A program made the position numbers and the translations under genes. The notes beneath the pieces were generated by a model, which saw only the letters and a list, made by a program, of their open reading frames with translations, made no database searches and was not told the DNA's origin. DNA of 64,000 bases. Origin: Rhodothermales bacterium. GTDB taxonomy: Bacteria > Bacteroidota > Rhodothermia > Rhodothermales > VXPQ01. The stretch covers positions 1,207,400 through 1,271,399 of the forward strand of contig OZ244993.1 in NCBI GenBank assembly GCA_965223485.1. Direction: 5' to 3'. Numbering within the stretch: position 1 is the first letter of the stretch; the number at the start of each line of letters is the position of its first letter. This document shows, piece after piece, positions 1 through 10,445 of the stretch.

Positions 1-786
1 ACCGGGGGCAAACCGGTGGCTATCACGAACTGTCTTAATTTTGGCAACCCGTACAAGCCGGAGGTCTACTGGGCCTTTACGGAGGCGGTTGGAGGCATGG
101 GCGACGCCTGCCGGACCTTCGACACGCCGGTGACAGGCGGCAATGTGTCCTTCTACAACGAAAATCCGGAAGGCGCCGTCTACCCTACCCCGACGATCGG
201 CATGCTGGGCATCGTGGAGGATGTCGAGACCGGCGTCGTTACTGTGCCGTTCCGGGAGGCCGGCGATGTGGTGTATCTGCTTAGCCCGGCAGACTGGGCG
301 CACCGGGAGGACATCAATGGTTCCGAGTATCTGGCGCGCCGGCACGGGCTGGTGCGGGGCGGCGCCCCGTATATGCTGCTGGAGGAAGAAGCGGCGGTGC
401 AGGAGGCGATGCTGCGCCTTGTCAAGGCGGGCCTCGTGCGCAGCGCGCACGACGTTTCCGACGGAGGACTGGCCGTGGCGCTGGCCGAGTGTGTGCTTCA
501 TACGGAAGCCCCTGGCGCGGAAATCGATCTGGCCGCACCGGGGATGAGACGGGACGCGGTGTTGTTCGGCGAGGCGCAATCCCGCATTGTGTTCAGTGCG
601 TCGGCGGAACGAACCGTCGAGATCGAACACGCCGTCGAGGCGGCCCCCGTTCGCCTTACGCGGCTGGGCGTTGTGCGCCCCGGAAATCTGACGATTCTTC
701 TGGACGGAGGGCCGGTCATTGACCTGCCCGCAGAAGAACTTTGCCGGCCGTACGAACGCGCCATCCCCGATTATATGAACCGGTAA
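1..786 (+). CDS. purL: phosphoribosylformylglycinamidine synthase subunit PurL, C-terminal part (5' end outside window)
   Basis: Reading frame is open to the window edge. AITNCLNFGNPYKPEVYW..TPVTGGNVSFYNE and AHDVSDGGLAVALAE are typical of PurL. Confidence 0.85.
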   Translation, partial: TGGKPVAITNCLNFGNPYKPEVYWAFTEAVGGMGDACRTFDTPVTGGNVSFYNENPEGAVYPTPTIGMLGIVEDVETGVVTVPFREAGDVVYLLSPADWAHREDINGSEYLARRHGLVRGGAPYMLLEEEAAVQEAMLRLVKAGLVRSAHDVSDGGLAVALAECVLHTEAPGAEIDLAAPGMRRDAVLFGEAQSRIVFSASAERTVEIEHAVEAAPVRLTRLGVVRPGNLTILLDGGPVIDLPAEELCRPYERAIPDYMNR

Positions 787-904
787 GCGCAGCGGCGGGA
801 CAGGGAAACCAACGTGCCCTTTTTCTGTTGTATGCTGTGCAATACGTCCCCGGTATTGCGTCGTCGAATGAGTCCTGATTTGCCTCAATTTCCGGAGAAA
901 CAAC

Positions 905-1246
905 ATGGATACGCATAGCCCGCTGACGGTTACGGATAGCAGTTTCAAGGAGGAAGTGCTCGATTCCGACGTGCCGGTGCTCGTGGACTTCTGGGCCGCC
1001 TGGTGCGGACCGTGCCGTATGATTGCGCCGGTGGTCGAGGAACTGGCCGGGGAATTCGCCGGACGCGCGAAGGTGGTCAAGATGGATGTCGATCACAATA
1101 CGGAAACGCCGATGCAGTACGGGATCCGGTCGATTCCGACCCTGCTGTTTTTCAAGGACGGGCAGGTTGCGGATCAACTGGTCGGGGTTTCTCCCAAAAA
1201 GGATCTGGTTGACCGGCTTGATGCGCTTGTTGCGCAAGCTGTCTGA
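905..1246 (+). CDS. trxA: thioredoxin
   Basis: 113 aa with the [13 protein letters not shown] active site and [13 protein letters not shown]. Confidence 0.95.
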   Translation: MDTHSPLTVTDSSFKEEVLDSDVPVLVDFWAAWCGPCRMIAPVVEELAGEFAGRAKVVKMDVDHNTETPMQYGIRSIPTLLFFKDGQVADQLVGVSPKKDLVDRLDALVAQAV

Positions 1247-1297
1247 CAGCCCTGCGCCTTTTTCCTTTTCCTGATCGCTTCGATCACTTTTTTCTCC

Positions 1298-2311
1298 ATG
1301 ACCGAGCGCGCCGCACCGGATATGTCCGCTTTCGACGGGATTGATTTCTCCGGGGCGGAACGCCGGAACGTTGTCATTGTCGGAACGGGACCCGCTGGAC
1401 TGACCGCCGCTCTGTATGCGGCCCGTGCGAATCTCGAACCGGTTGTGTTCCAGGGGCCCGAGCCCGGCGGCCAGTTGATGACCACGACGGACGTGGAGAA
1501 CTATCCGGGATTCCCCGATGGCGTGTTGGGGCCGGACATGATGCAACTGTTCGACGGGCAGGCAACCCGGTTCGGGGCCGATCTCCGCTACGGCACGGTG
1601 AACGCGGTGGATCTATCGCAGCGTCCGTTCCGGTTGCTCGTGGACGGCGAGACGCCCGTACTGGCGGAAACGGTTATCATATCTACGGGGGCTTCCGCAC
1701 GGTATCTGGGCCTCGAAAACGAGAAACGCCTGCTGGGGCGCGGCGTGTCGTCCTGTGCGACTTGTGACGGGGCGTTTTTCCGCAATGTGGTGGTGGCCGT
1801 CGCCGGGGGCGGCGACTCCGCCATGGAGGAGGCCCTGTTTCTGACCCGTTTTGCGTCGAAGGTGTACGTCATTCATCGCCGGGACAGCCTGCGCGCCTCG
1901 AAGATTATGCAGGAACGGGCGTTCGCAAACGAAAAGATCGAGTTTATCTGGAACACGGTGGTGGAGGATGTGCTGGGCGACGACGAGGTGACGGGCCTCG
2001 CCTTGCGCAACAGGGAAACGGGCAATGCCTCGGAACTGGCGGTGGGCGGATTTTTTGTGGCCATCGGGCATACGCCCAACACGCAAGTGTTCAAGGGGTG
2101 GCTCGATATGGATGCCCAGGAATATATCGTAACGGAAGGCAAATCCACGTATACGAATATTCCCGGCGTGTTCGCATGCGGCGATGCGCAGGATCATGTG
2201 TACCGGCAGGCGGTCACAGCGGCCGGCACAGGGTGTATGGCGGCGATCGATGCGGAGCGCTGGTTTGCGGAACATGCCGAAACTTCCGGAGACGGGCAGA
2301 AGCATGCGTAG
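1298..2311 (+). CDS. trxB: thioredoxin-disulfide reductase
   Basis: 337 aa with GTGPAGLTAALYAAR FAD-binding motif, CATCDG redox site, GGGDSAMEEA NADPH motif and FACGD. Confidence 0.95.
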   Translation: MTERAAPDMSAFDGIDFSGAERRNVVIVGTGPAGLTAALYAARANLEPVVFQGPEPGGQLMTTTDVENYPGFPDGVLGPDMMQLFDGQATRFGADLRYGTVNAVDLSQRPFRLLVDGETPVLAETVIISTGASARYLGLENEKRLLGRGVSSCATCDGAFFRNVVVAVAGGGDSAMEEALFLTRFASKVYVIHRRDSLRASKIMQERAFANEKIEFIWNTVVEDVLGDDEVTGLALRNRETGNASELAVGGFFVAIGHTPNTQVFKGWLDMDAQEYIVTEGKSTYTNIPGVFACGDAQDHVYRQAVTAAGTGCMAAIDAERWFAEHAETSGDGQKHA

Positions 2312-3053
2312 GATGTCCTGGGCACGACCGGATTATTTAGCGCCGGGAAGGCTCGTTCTCGGTGCATTGTGCTGCGGTTTGCTGTTTTCGTTCGGCTGCA
2401 CAAGCAATCCGACGCCTGGGGAAGAGGCGCTTGCGCCGGCATCCGGTGTTGAAGAAGCTGCCGGCGCGGGCGAGACGCCCGGAACGACGATGGATGCGAG
2501 CGCCGATGGCGCCGCGGGAACGTCTTCCGCAGACCGTTATGCGGACGAAAGCCGGTCGGTCTCCGGGAAAATAAGCGATGCTTCGCTGGCCGCAAAGGTG
2601 CACCTGGCGCTCGTGGATACGCGCGATCTGCGGGCGCACCGGTTCGACCCGGAGGCGGTAGCCGGGCGCGTTATCCTGCACGGTCATGTGGCTACCTGGG
2701 CGCAGCGCGAGCGCGCTGCCGCGGTGGCGGCGGGCGTGCCGGGTGTGGTATCCGTCTCGAACGAACTCACCTCGACGGAGGAGAAACCGACGGGTCTTGC
2801 AGAAGCATCCGGGCTTTCCGGGGATGCGCCGGGCGGCGCCTCAGGCGCGTTGTCGGATGGCGGAAACGGGTCGTTCGGAGAGGGCGCTTCGCCCGGAGGC
2901 GGTGCGGAAGGACCGGTGTATCACACCGTGACGCGGGGCGAAAGTCTTTGGACCATCTCCCGGACATACGGCGTGCGCATCGACCAGATCAGGGCCATGA
3001 ACGGGTTGACGTCCGACACGGTCAAGTCGGGGCAGCGGTTGCGGGTCCGCTGA
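2304..3053 (+). CDS. BON-domain and LysM-domain lipoprotein
   Basis: ATG at 2304 overlaps the trxB stop. Lipobox-like LLFSFGCTS, a BON-like segment (RVILHGHVATWAQRERAAAVAAGVPGVVSVSNEL), and a C-terminal LysM (YHTVTRGESLWTISRTYGVRIDQIRAMNGL). Confidence 0.75.
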   Translation: MRRMSWARPDYLAPGRLVLGALCCGLLFSFGCTSNPTPGEEALAPASGVEEAAGAGETPGTTMDASADGAAGTSSADRYADESRSVSGKISDASLAAKVHLALVDTRDLRAHRFDPEAVAGRVILHGHVATWAQRERAAAVAAGVPGVVSVSNELTSTEEKPTGLAEASGLSGDAPGGASGALSDGGNGSFGEGASPGGGAEGPVYHTVTRGESLWTISRTYGVRIDQIRAMNGLTSDTVKSGQRLRVR

Positions 3054-3098
3054 TCGGGACCGGCGAAGCGGATACGCGCACCCGTGCGCCCTGCATTT

Positions 3099-3962
3099 CT
3101 ATGTGCGGACAAGATTCCGCAGCACGAACCACACGTTCTCTTTCCGCTCGCGCAGCCGTCGGGCGAAATACGGCGCCCATTGCGTACCGAAGGGTACGTA
3201 GACTCTCATGCCGTACCCCTCGTTTACGATCTGTTCCTGGGTCTGCGGGCGTATGCCGTAGAGCATCTGAAATTCGAACCGGTCCCGGTCTATGCCGCGA
3301 TTCGCGACAAAGATTTTCGTGGCGGAAATCAGCCGGTCGTCGTGCGTGGCGATGCCGGGATACCGCCCGTGTGCGATGAGTTCGTGCGCGCAGGCCATGA
3401 AGTGCTCGCGGATGATGTCCATATTGCGCCAGGCGATCTCCGAAGGTTCCTTGTAGGCGCCCTTGCACAGCCGGACCTGCGCCTTCAGGGCGCACATGCG
3501 TTCCACGTCGCGTTCCGTGCGCTTCAGGTACGCTTGCAGCACGATCCCCACGTGATCGGGGTACTCGGGGAAGGTTTCTTCAAAGAGGGATATCGTGGAG
3601 GCCGTCGTATCGCTGCCTTCCATGTCGAGGCGGATGAACACATTGCACTCTTTTGCCGCCGCAAGCAGCAGGTGCAGGTTTTGCAGGCAGTAGTCTTCGT
3701 CGATTTTCTGCCCGATCATCGAGAGTTTGATGGATATGCCGGCCTGCATGGCGCGCTGGTCGCGTTCCTTGGCAATGATGCGGACGAGACGTATGTAGGC
3801 GTCCCGGCTCGTCTCGGCGACCTTGCGTTTTGTGACGTGTTCACCCAGCAGGTCGAGAGTGACGCTCAGGCCCTTGTGGTTCAGGGCGCGAATAACGGGG
3901 AGCGCTTCCTGGAATGATTCTCCCGCGACGAAGCGGCGTGCCAGCAAATAGGGAAGACGCAT
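3099..3962 (-). CDS. proline dehydrogenase family protein (monofunctional)
   Basis: 287 aa with RFVAGESFQEALPVIRALNHKGLSVTLDLLGE, IVLQAYLKRTERD and VRLCKGAYKEP, typical of PRODH TIM barrels. Confidence 0.8.
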   Translation of the reverse strand: MRLPYLLARRFVAGESFQEALPVIRALNHKGLSVTLDLLGEHVTKRKVAETSRDAYIRLVRIIAKERDQRAMQAGISIKLSMIGQKIDEDYCLQNLHLLLAAAKECNVFIRLDMEGSDTTASTISLFEETFPEYPDHVGIVLQAYLKRTERDVERMCALKAQVRLCKGAYKEPSEIAWRNMDIIREHFMACAHELIAHGRYPGIATHDDRLISATKIFVANRGIDRDRFEFQMLYGIRPQTQEQIVNEGYGMRVYVPFGTQWAPYFARRLRERKENVWFVLRNLVRT

Positions 3963-4187
3963 CGGACGTAGCGTGCACTATGGGAGTGCGTGGTGTAAAT
4001 ACGGTACGCAGATGATCGGGGGAAACGGGGCCGCGCCGTTCATTTCGAGGCGCCGCGCATACATTCGTGCCTATTGCAAACGGTGTGGGCTCCTATTTCC
4101 CGACCGGTCGTTCAATGCTGTGTGCTTTAACGTTCGGGGCGGATAGGGATCCGGGTTTGCACGTCCAATCATACAAGATTCGGAAAA

Positions 4188-4829
4188 ATGGATGTAAGCG
4201 GGCTGAGACGCGAATATCGCGGCGATGGCTTCGATGCGGTCGGTAACGATCCGATGGCGTTGTTCAGGGTATGGTTTGAGGAGGTGGTGCAGGCCGCGCA
4301 CGCAAAGAGCCGCGATCCGAACGCGATGTCGCTCGGTACGGTCGATGCCCAGGGCCGTCCTTCCGGACGCATTGTACTTCTGAAGGGGTTCGACCGGCAG
4401 GGCTTCGTATTCTACACGAATTACGGCAGCCGCAAGGCGCGCGACCTGGAGGCGAACCCGTGGGCGTCGTTGACGTTCTGGTGGGACGAACTGGACCGGC
4501 AGGTGCGTGTCGAGGGGCGGGCGGAGCGGACGGACCGGGCTACCTCGGAGGCGTATTTCGCATCGAGGCCGCGAGAGAGTCAGTTGGCGGCGGCGGCTTC
4601 CGCGCAGAGTCGTCCTCTTGCAGACCGGGCAACGCTGCTGGCCGCCGTGGAGGCGGCGCGGAAGGAATACGAAGGGCGCGACGTACCCTGCCCCGAAGAG
4701 TGGGGCGGGTATCTCCTGCGGCCTCACGCGCTGGAGTTCTGGCAAGGCCGTCCGAATCGCCTGCATGATCGCCTGGCGTACCGGCTCGACGAGGCGGACG
4801 CGTGGAAGGTGGAGCGGCTGGGGCCGTGA
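4188..4829 (+). CDS. pdxH: pyridoxamine 5'-phosphate oxidase
   Basis: 213 aa with GRIVLLKGFD..GFVFYTNYGSRKARDLEANPWASLTFWW..RQVRVEG and WGGYLLRPHALEFWQGRPNRLHDR. Confidence 0.9.
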   Translation: MDVSGLRREYRGDGFDAVGNDPMALFRVWFEEVVQAAHAKSRDPNAMSLGTVDAQGRPSGRIVLLKGFDRQGFVFYTNYGSRKARDLEANPWASLTFWWDELDRQVRVEGRAERTDRATSEAYFASRPRESQLAAAASAQSRPLADRATLLAAVEAARKEYEGRDVPCPEEWGGYLLRPHALEFWQGRPNRLHDRLAYRLDEADAWKVERLGP

Positions 4830-4874
4830 GAAGGTAGTCTGCCGGGTTGGTGTATAGCCCTGTGGCGGGCATTT

Positions 4875-5393
4875 TCACCGGTAGGCCCGGTCCGTGTACT
4901 CGATTACGGTGGCCCGGTCGATAACGCGCCAGGAAGGCGGTCCCAGCGCCCCGCTTTTGCTTCGGCGGAACGTAGCCCGGAGATAGATTTCCTTTTTCTC
5001 CGGCGCTGCCCCGGCGAAGCTGAACGATCCCCAGCGGAAAATCCAGAAAGCCGAGTCCGGTCGTACGGGGAAACGCCGCGATAGCATTTCTGCAAGGTGC
5101 GGCGCATCGTCAAGCGTGGAGCGGCCCCGGTTCTCGGCGAGCTCGTCGAGGATCACGGTCATGGGGCGCGCAGCCTTTGGCGCCGAGCGGTAGATGCGCA
5201 CGCGACAGGTCGAAACGTTGCGGTATCCCCGCCAACTGAACGTGGTGTCGGCAATCATCTGTCCGGCGGCGGGCGTTGCGACGGCAAGCGTTAGCAGGGC
5301 GGCAACGGGCAGCGCCGACCGTAGCGACCGGACGGCGAACGAGCGCAGGGTCGTGCGCGCCAGCGGGGCAATGATGTAAAGGGGCGTCCTCAT
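4875..5393 (-). CDS. hypothetical secreted protein
   Basis: 172-aa ORF with an N-terminal hydrophobic signal-like segment (ALPVAALLTLAVATPAAGQ). No recognisable motif. Confidence 0.45.
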   Translation of the reverse strand: MRTPLYIIAPLARTTLRSFAVRSLRSALPVAALLTLAVATPAAGQMIADTTFSWRGYRNVSTCRVRIYRSAPKAARPMTVILDELAENRGRSTLDDAPHLAEMLSRRFPVRPDSAFWIFRWGSFSFAGAAPEKKEIYLRATFRRSKSGALGPPSWRVIDRATVIEYTDRAYR

Positions 5394-5510
5394 GCGCGTA
5401 TAGACACGCTGGATGGGGACGTGTAACCTGGTGGGGGCGGAAAACTTTCAGGGGGGAGGAATTGTGCTGGCTGCGGGTCTGTGCAGAATGCGTGCAGGCG
5501 CCATTGTGCA

Positions 5511-5599
5511 TGCAATTATTGACGAAATTGCGCGCGATGCAATTATCTGGTGCAATTATTGACGGAATTGCGCGCGATGCAATTATCTGGTGCAATTAT
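5511..5599. repeat. 40-bp tandem repeat, 2.2 copies (TGCAATTATTGACGRAATTGCGCGCGATGCAATTATCTGG)
   Basis: Copies at 5511-5550 and 5551-5590 differ at 1 nt; a third copy starts at 5591. The TGCAATTAT core recurs 5 times with alternating 27/13-nt spacing. Confidence 0.85.
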
Positions 5600-6052
5600 G
5601 CGGAGAGTTGCACGCCGAATTGCGCACGGCGTAAGGTTCGAACAGGATACAGCAAGATTTGTGCAAGCATGGTATGATCGGGTGTTTTGGCTGAAGGCCG
5701 CTCAAAGGTGGCGATACGCAACGCGGCCCATTAGGCCGGTAGGTACTACCCGAAAATTGAGCGCGGGCGTATTGTTGCTGAAGCTATCAAGCAATCATAA
5801 CCACTTGGCAACCAGCGAAACTTGGTCAGACAGGCGAAGGAGCCGGGCACGCGTACGGACCGGAAGCCGGGGTAGCCCCGAAGGCGCTGACCGACAGACA
5901 GCCCGGCCATCGATTCTTGGCATGAGGAACTCGCGGGACGGAAGTGGTGAAACCCGGATCGGCGGGCTGGCGTTAGTGGTGCTGGCTGTCCACACCGGTG
6001 GATATGGACAACCGTCACGTGACGATACATGACTTAGAAAGGGGTTAATCTT

Positions 6053-7309
6053 ATGCACAGGCGTACCATGTTATCCGGTTTGGCGCTGATCGCCGTTCTT
6101 GCGATGCCGGGGTGCGACAGTATGACCGAATCGGAATTCGAGCCGGGGCCGCTGGGTGCGGTCACGCTGGAGCAGGGCGAGGCCGTACAGATCCGTCTGC
6201 TGGCCTCGGTCACGGTTGCGCCGTCGCTGGGGGCCGTGTCCCGTCAGGGAGCCGAGTTCGCCGCCGAGGACCTCGGCCCCATCCATGGGCGCGAGGTGGA
6301 GCTGGGCGATCCCGTTGACACGAGCTGTTCGCCGGAGGGCGGCCGCGCGGGTGCGCTTGGCATCGTCGGCGACCCGCAGGTGGCGGGCGTCGTCGGAACA
6401 AACTGCTCGGCCGCGGCCGTGGCGGCGTCGCCCGTTATCAGCGACGCGGGCCTGGTCATGATTTCGCCGAGCAACACCTCGCCGCACCTCACCTCGAACC
6501 TGACCGGCAGCGCGAATGCCGATTATCACCCCGGTTACTTTCGCGTGTCGTCCAACGACCTCCACCAGGCGCGCGCCCTCTCGGACTTTGTCTACAACCA
6601 ACTGGAGCTGACGCGCGTGGCAACTGTTCACGACGGTGACCCGTACACCTCCGCCCTTGTGGAGGCGTTCGCCGACGCTTTCTCGGCCCTCGGCGGCGAA
6701 GTACCGGTCAGAGCCGAAATCGAGAAGGGCGAGACGGATATGACGGACGTTCTCGAGGAGTTCGCGGCCATTGGCCCGGACGCCATCTTTTTCCCGCTGT
6801 TCGTGACGGAGGGTTCGGCCTTCGCCGCGCAAGCGCGGACCTTCGACGGGCTTGAAGGGACAACCCTGATTTCCGCGGCGGCGCTGCTGGTCTCCGCGTT
6901 CCTCGGGACGCCGGAGTCGGAGGGGATCTACTTCGCCGGACCGGAATCGGACTTTCGCTCCAACGTCAACGAGCAGACGGAAAGGAGCGGGGAGCAGGTT
7001 CTCGCCGCGTACGAGGCCAGGCACGGCGGTTCTCCCCCGTCGCCGTATTGGGCGCACGCCTACGATGCGACCACCATCCTCCTCTCGGCCATCGCATCCG
7101 TTGCGGTGGAGGAGGGCGACAGGCTGCTCATAGACCGGGCGGCCCTGCGCGAGAAGGTGGGAGCAACCGCCATGAACGGCTTGGTCGGGGCAATATCCTG
7201 CGACGAGTTCGGCGACTGCGGCACGGGACGGATGAACATCTACCACCACATGGACACGAGCATCACCGACGTTTCCAAACTGCCGGTCGTCTACGTATAC
7301 AACCCCTGA
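6053..7309 (+). CDS. ABC transporter substrate-binding lipoprotein (branched-chain amino acid/LivK-like family)
   Basis: 418 aa with lipobox LAMPGCDS. The layout is type I periplasmic binding protein-like (VVGTNCSAAAVAASPVISDAGLVMISPSNTSP..YFRVSSND). Confidence 0.75.
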   Translation: MHRRTMLSGLALIAVLAMPGCDSMTESEFEPGPLGAVTLEQGEAVQIRLLASVTVAPSLGAVSRQGAEFAAEDLGPIHGREVELGDPVDTSCSPEGGRAGALGIVGDPQVAGVVGTNCSAAAVAASPVISDAGLVMISPSNTSPHLTSNLTGSANADYHPGYFRVSSNDLHQARALSDFVYNQLELTRVATVHDGDPYTSALVEAFADAFSALGGEVPVRAEIEKGETDMTDVLEEFAAIGPDAIFFPLFVTEGSAFAAQARTFDGLEGTTLISAAALLVSAFLGTPESEGIYFAGPESDFRSNVNEQTERSGEQVLAAYEARHGGSPPSPYWAHAYDATTILLSAIASVAVEEGDRLLIDRAALREKVGATAMNGLVGAISCDEFGDCGTGRMNIYHHMDTSITDVSKLPVVYVYNP

Positions 7310-7345
7310 GCCGGTCGGCTGCCGGTTTCCGTGGAAACACCCTCA

Positions 7346-7362
7346 ATGTTTGCGCGCAAACA
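7346..7362. repeat. palindrome-containing motif ATGTTTGCGCGCAAACA, copy 1 of 3
   Basis: The flanks also match the copy at 53892 (GAAACACSCTCAATGTTTGCGCGC.AACA.TAAG). The copy at 52385 matches in inverted orientation. Confidence 0.7.
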
Positions 7363-7366
7363 CTAA

Positions 7367-9527
<2,161 letters not shown>

Positions 9528-9600
9528 GCTGGCGCCCTTCCGTCAACCTGCCACTGTTTAAAGGAACCGGATTTGCGCCCGGCGCTACGATACGGGGGAT

Positions 9601-10101
9601 GTGATCGATATGACGCTGGAAGCACTGCTCGCCCTGCTCGACTATCACTATTGGGCCCGGGACCGGCTGCTCGATGCGGTCGAGGAGATCACGCCCGACC
9701 ACTTCCATAAGGATATGGGGAACAGTTTTCCCTCCATTCGGGACACGTTACTCCATATCGTGTTTGCTGAATTTGTGTGGCGCTCGCGCTGGGAGGGGGA
9801 ATCGCTGCCGGAGCCTTTCGACCCGAAGGATTTCGAAACCGTGCAGGATGTTCGCGCGCGCTGGATTGAGGAGGAGCACCGAGTGCGGCGATTCGTCGAT
9901 CAACTCGGCCCGGACAGCCTCAACCATTTGTTCCGCTACACCGAGCTCAGCGGCAAGCCGACACAGTCCGTTTTCTGGCAGTCCTTGCAGCATGTGGTCA
10001 ACCATGCTTCCTATCACCGCGGGCAGGTCACCACGATGTTGCGCCAACTCGGGGCCCGGCCGCCGGATAGCCAGGACCTGATTGCGTTCTATCGTCTATG
10101 A
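9601..10101 (+). CDS. DinB family protein
   Basis: 166 aa with LLDYHYWARDRLL..IRDTLLHIVFAEFVW..LQHVVNHASYHRGQVTTMLRQLG, the DinB/YfiT-type histidine pattern. The start may instead be the ATG at 9610. Confidence 0.8.
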   Translation: MIDMTLEALLALLDYHYWARDRLLDAVEEITPDHFHKDMGNSFPSIRDTLLHIVFAEFVWRSRWEGESLPEPFDPKDFETVQDVRARWIEEEHRVRRFVDQLGPDSLNHLFRYTELSGKPTQSVFWQSLQHVVNHASYHRGQVTTMLRQLGARPPDSQDLIAFYRL

Positions 10102-10220
10102 CCAGGGTTGGTAGCCGGGCGATGGGGGGATATTGGCGTAACGGTCCGGTCACGCGGCTCTATCGGTTGACGGTGCGGGGGGAGGTATTTGGAGCAGCGT
10201 AGCAAGCCGATCTAAAATTT

Positions 10221-10285
10221 ATTCAGCAAATCTGTTGACAACATAACCGTTGATCCCGTATATTGTCATTCAGCAATTTTGTTGA
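10221..10285 (+). promoter_or_regulatory. pair of 18-nt direct repeats (ATTCAGCAAWYTKTTGA) in the AT-rich region upstream of the ATPase gene
   Basis: 10221-10238 and 10268-10285 match at 16/18. The first copy overlaps a TTGACA hexamer. Confidence 0.35.
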
Positions 10286-10445
10286 ATTAAATGAGGGTTG
10301 TTGCAACTCTCGATGCACTGCCGGGTAAACGGCGAGGACTTTTTGATGGCGATTAGGAGTCGCACACAGTGTGGAAGCGGGTCCGTGACCGCCATAGTCT
10401 CCTGCAAAAGCGCTGCTATGATGCGGCATAATCCGGACACATGCA

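Noticed and set aside
2184-2303. Upstream extension of the BON/LysM ORF overlapping trxB
   Set aside because: The ATG at 2304 gives a lipoprotein signal and overlaps the trxB stop. The extension lies inside trxB in another frame.
5700-6052. RNase P RNA, tmRNA, SRP RNA or cobalamin riboswitch
   Set aside because: Hallmark strings are absent on both strands: GAGGAAAGTCC, the tmRNA tag/acceptor end, the SRP GGAA-loop helix 8 and the B12 box. It is kept only as an unclassified candidate leader.
6071-7249. 392-aa ORF antisense to the binding-protein gene
   Set aside because: Arg/Gly/Pro-rich mirror ORF typical of high-GC DNA. The plus-strand ORF has a lipobox and binding-protein motifs.
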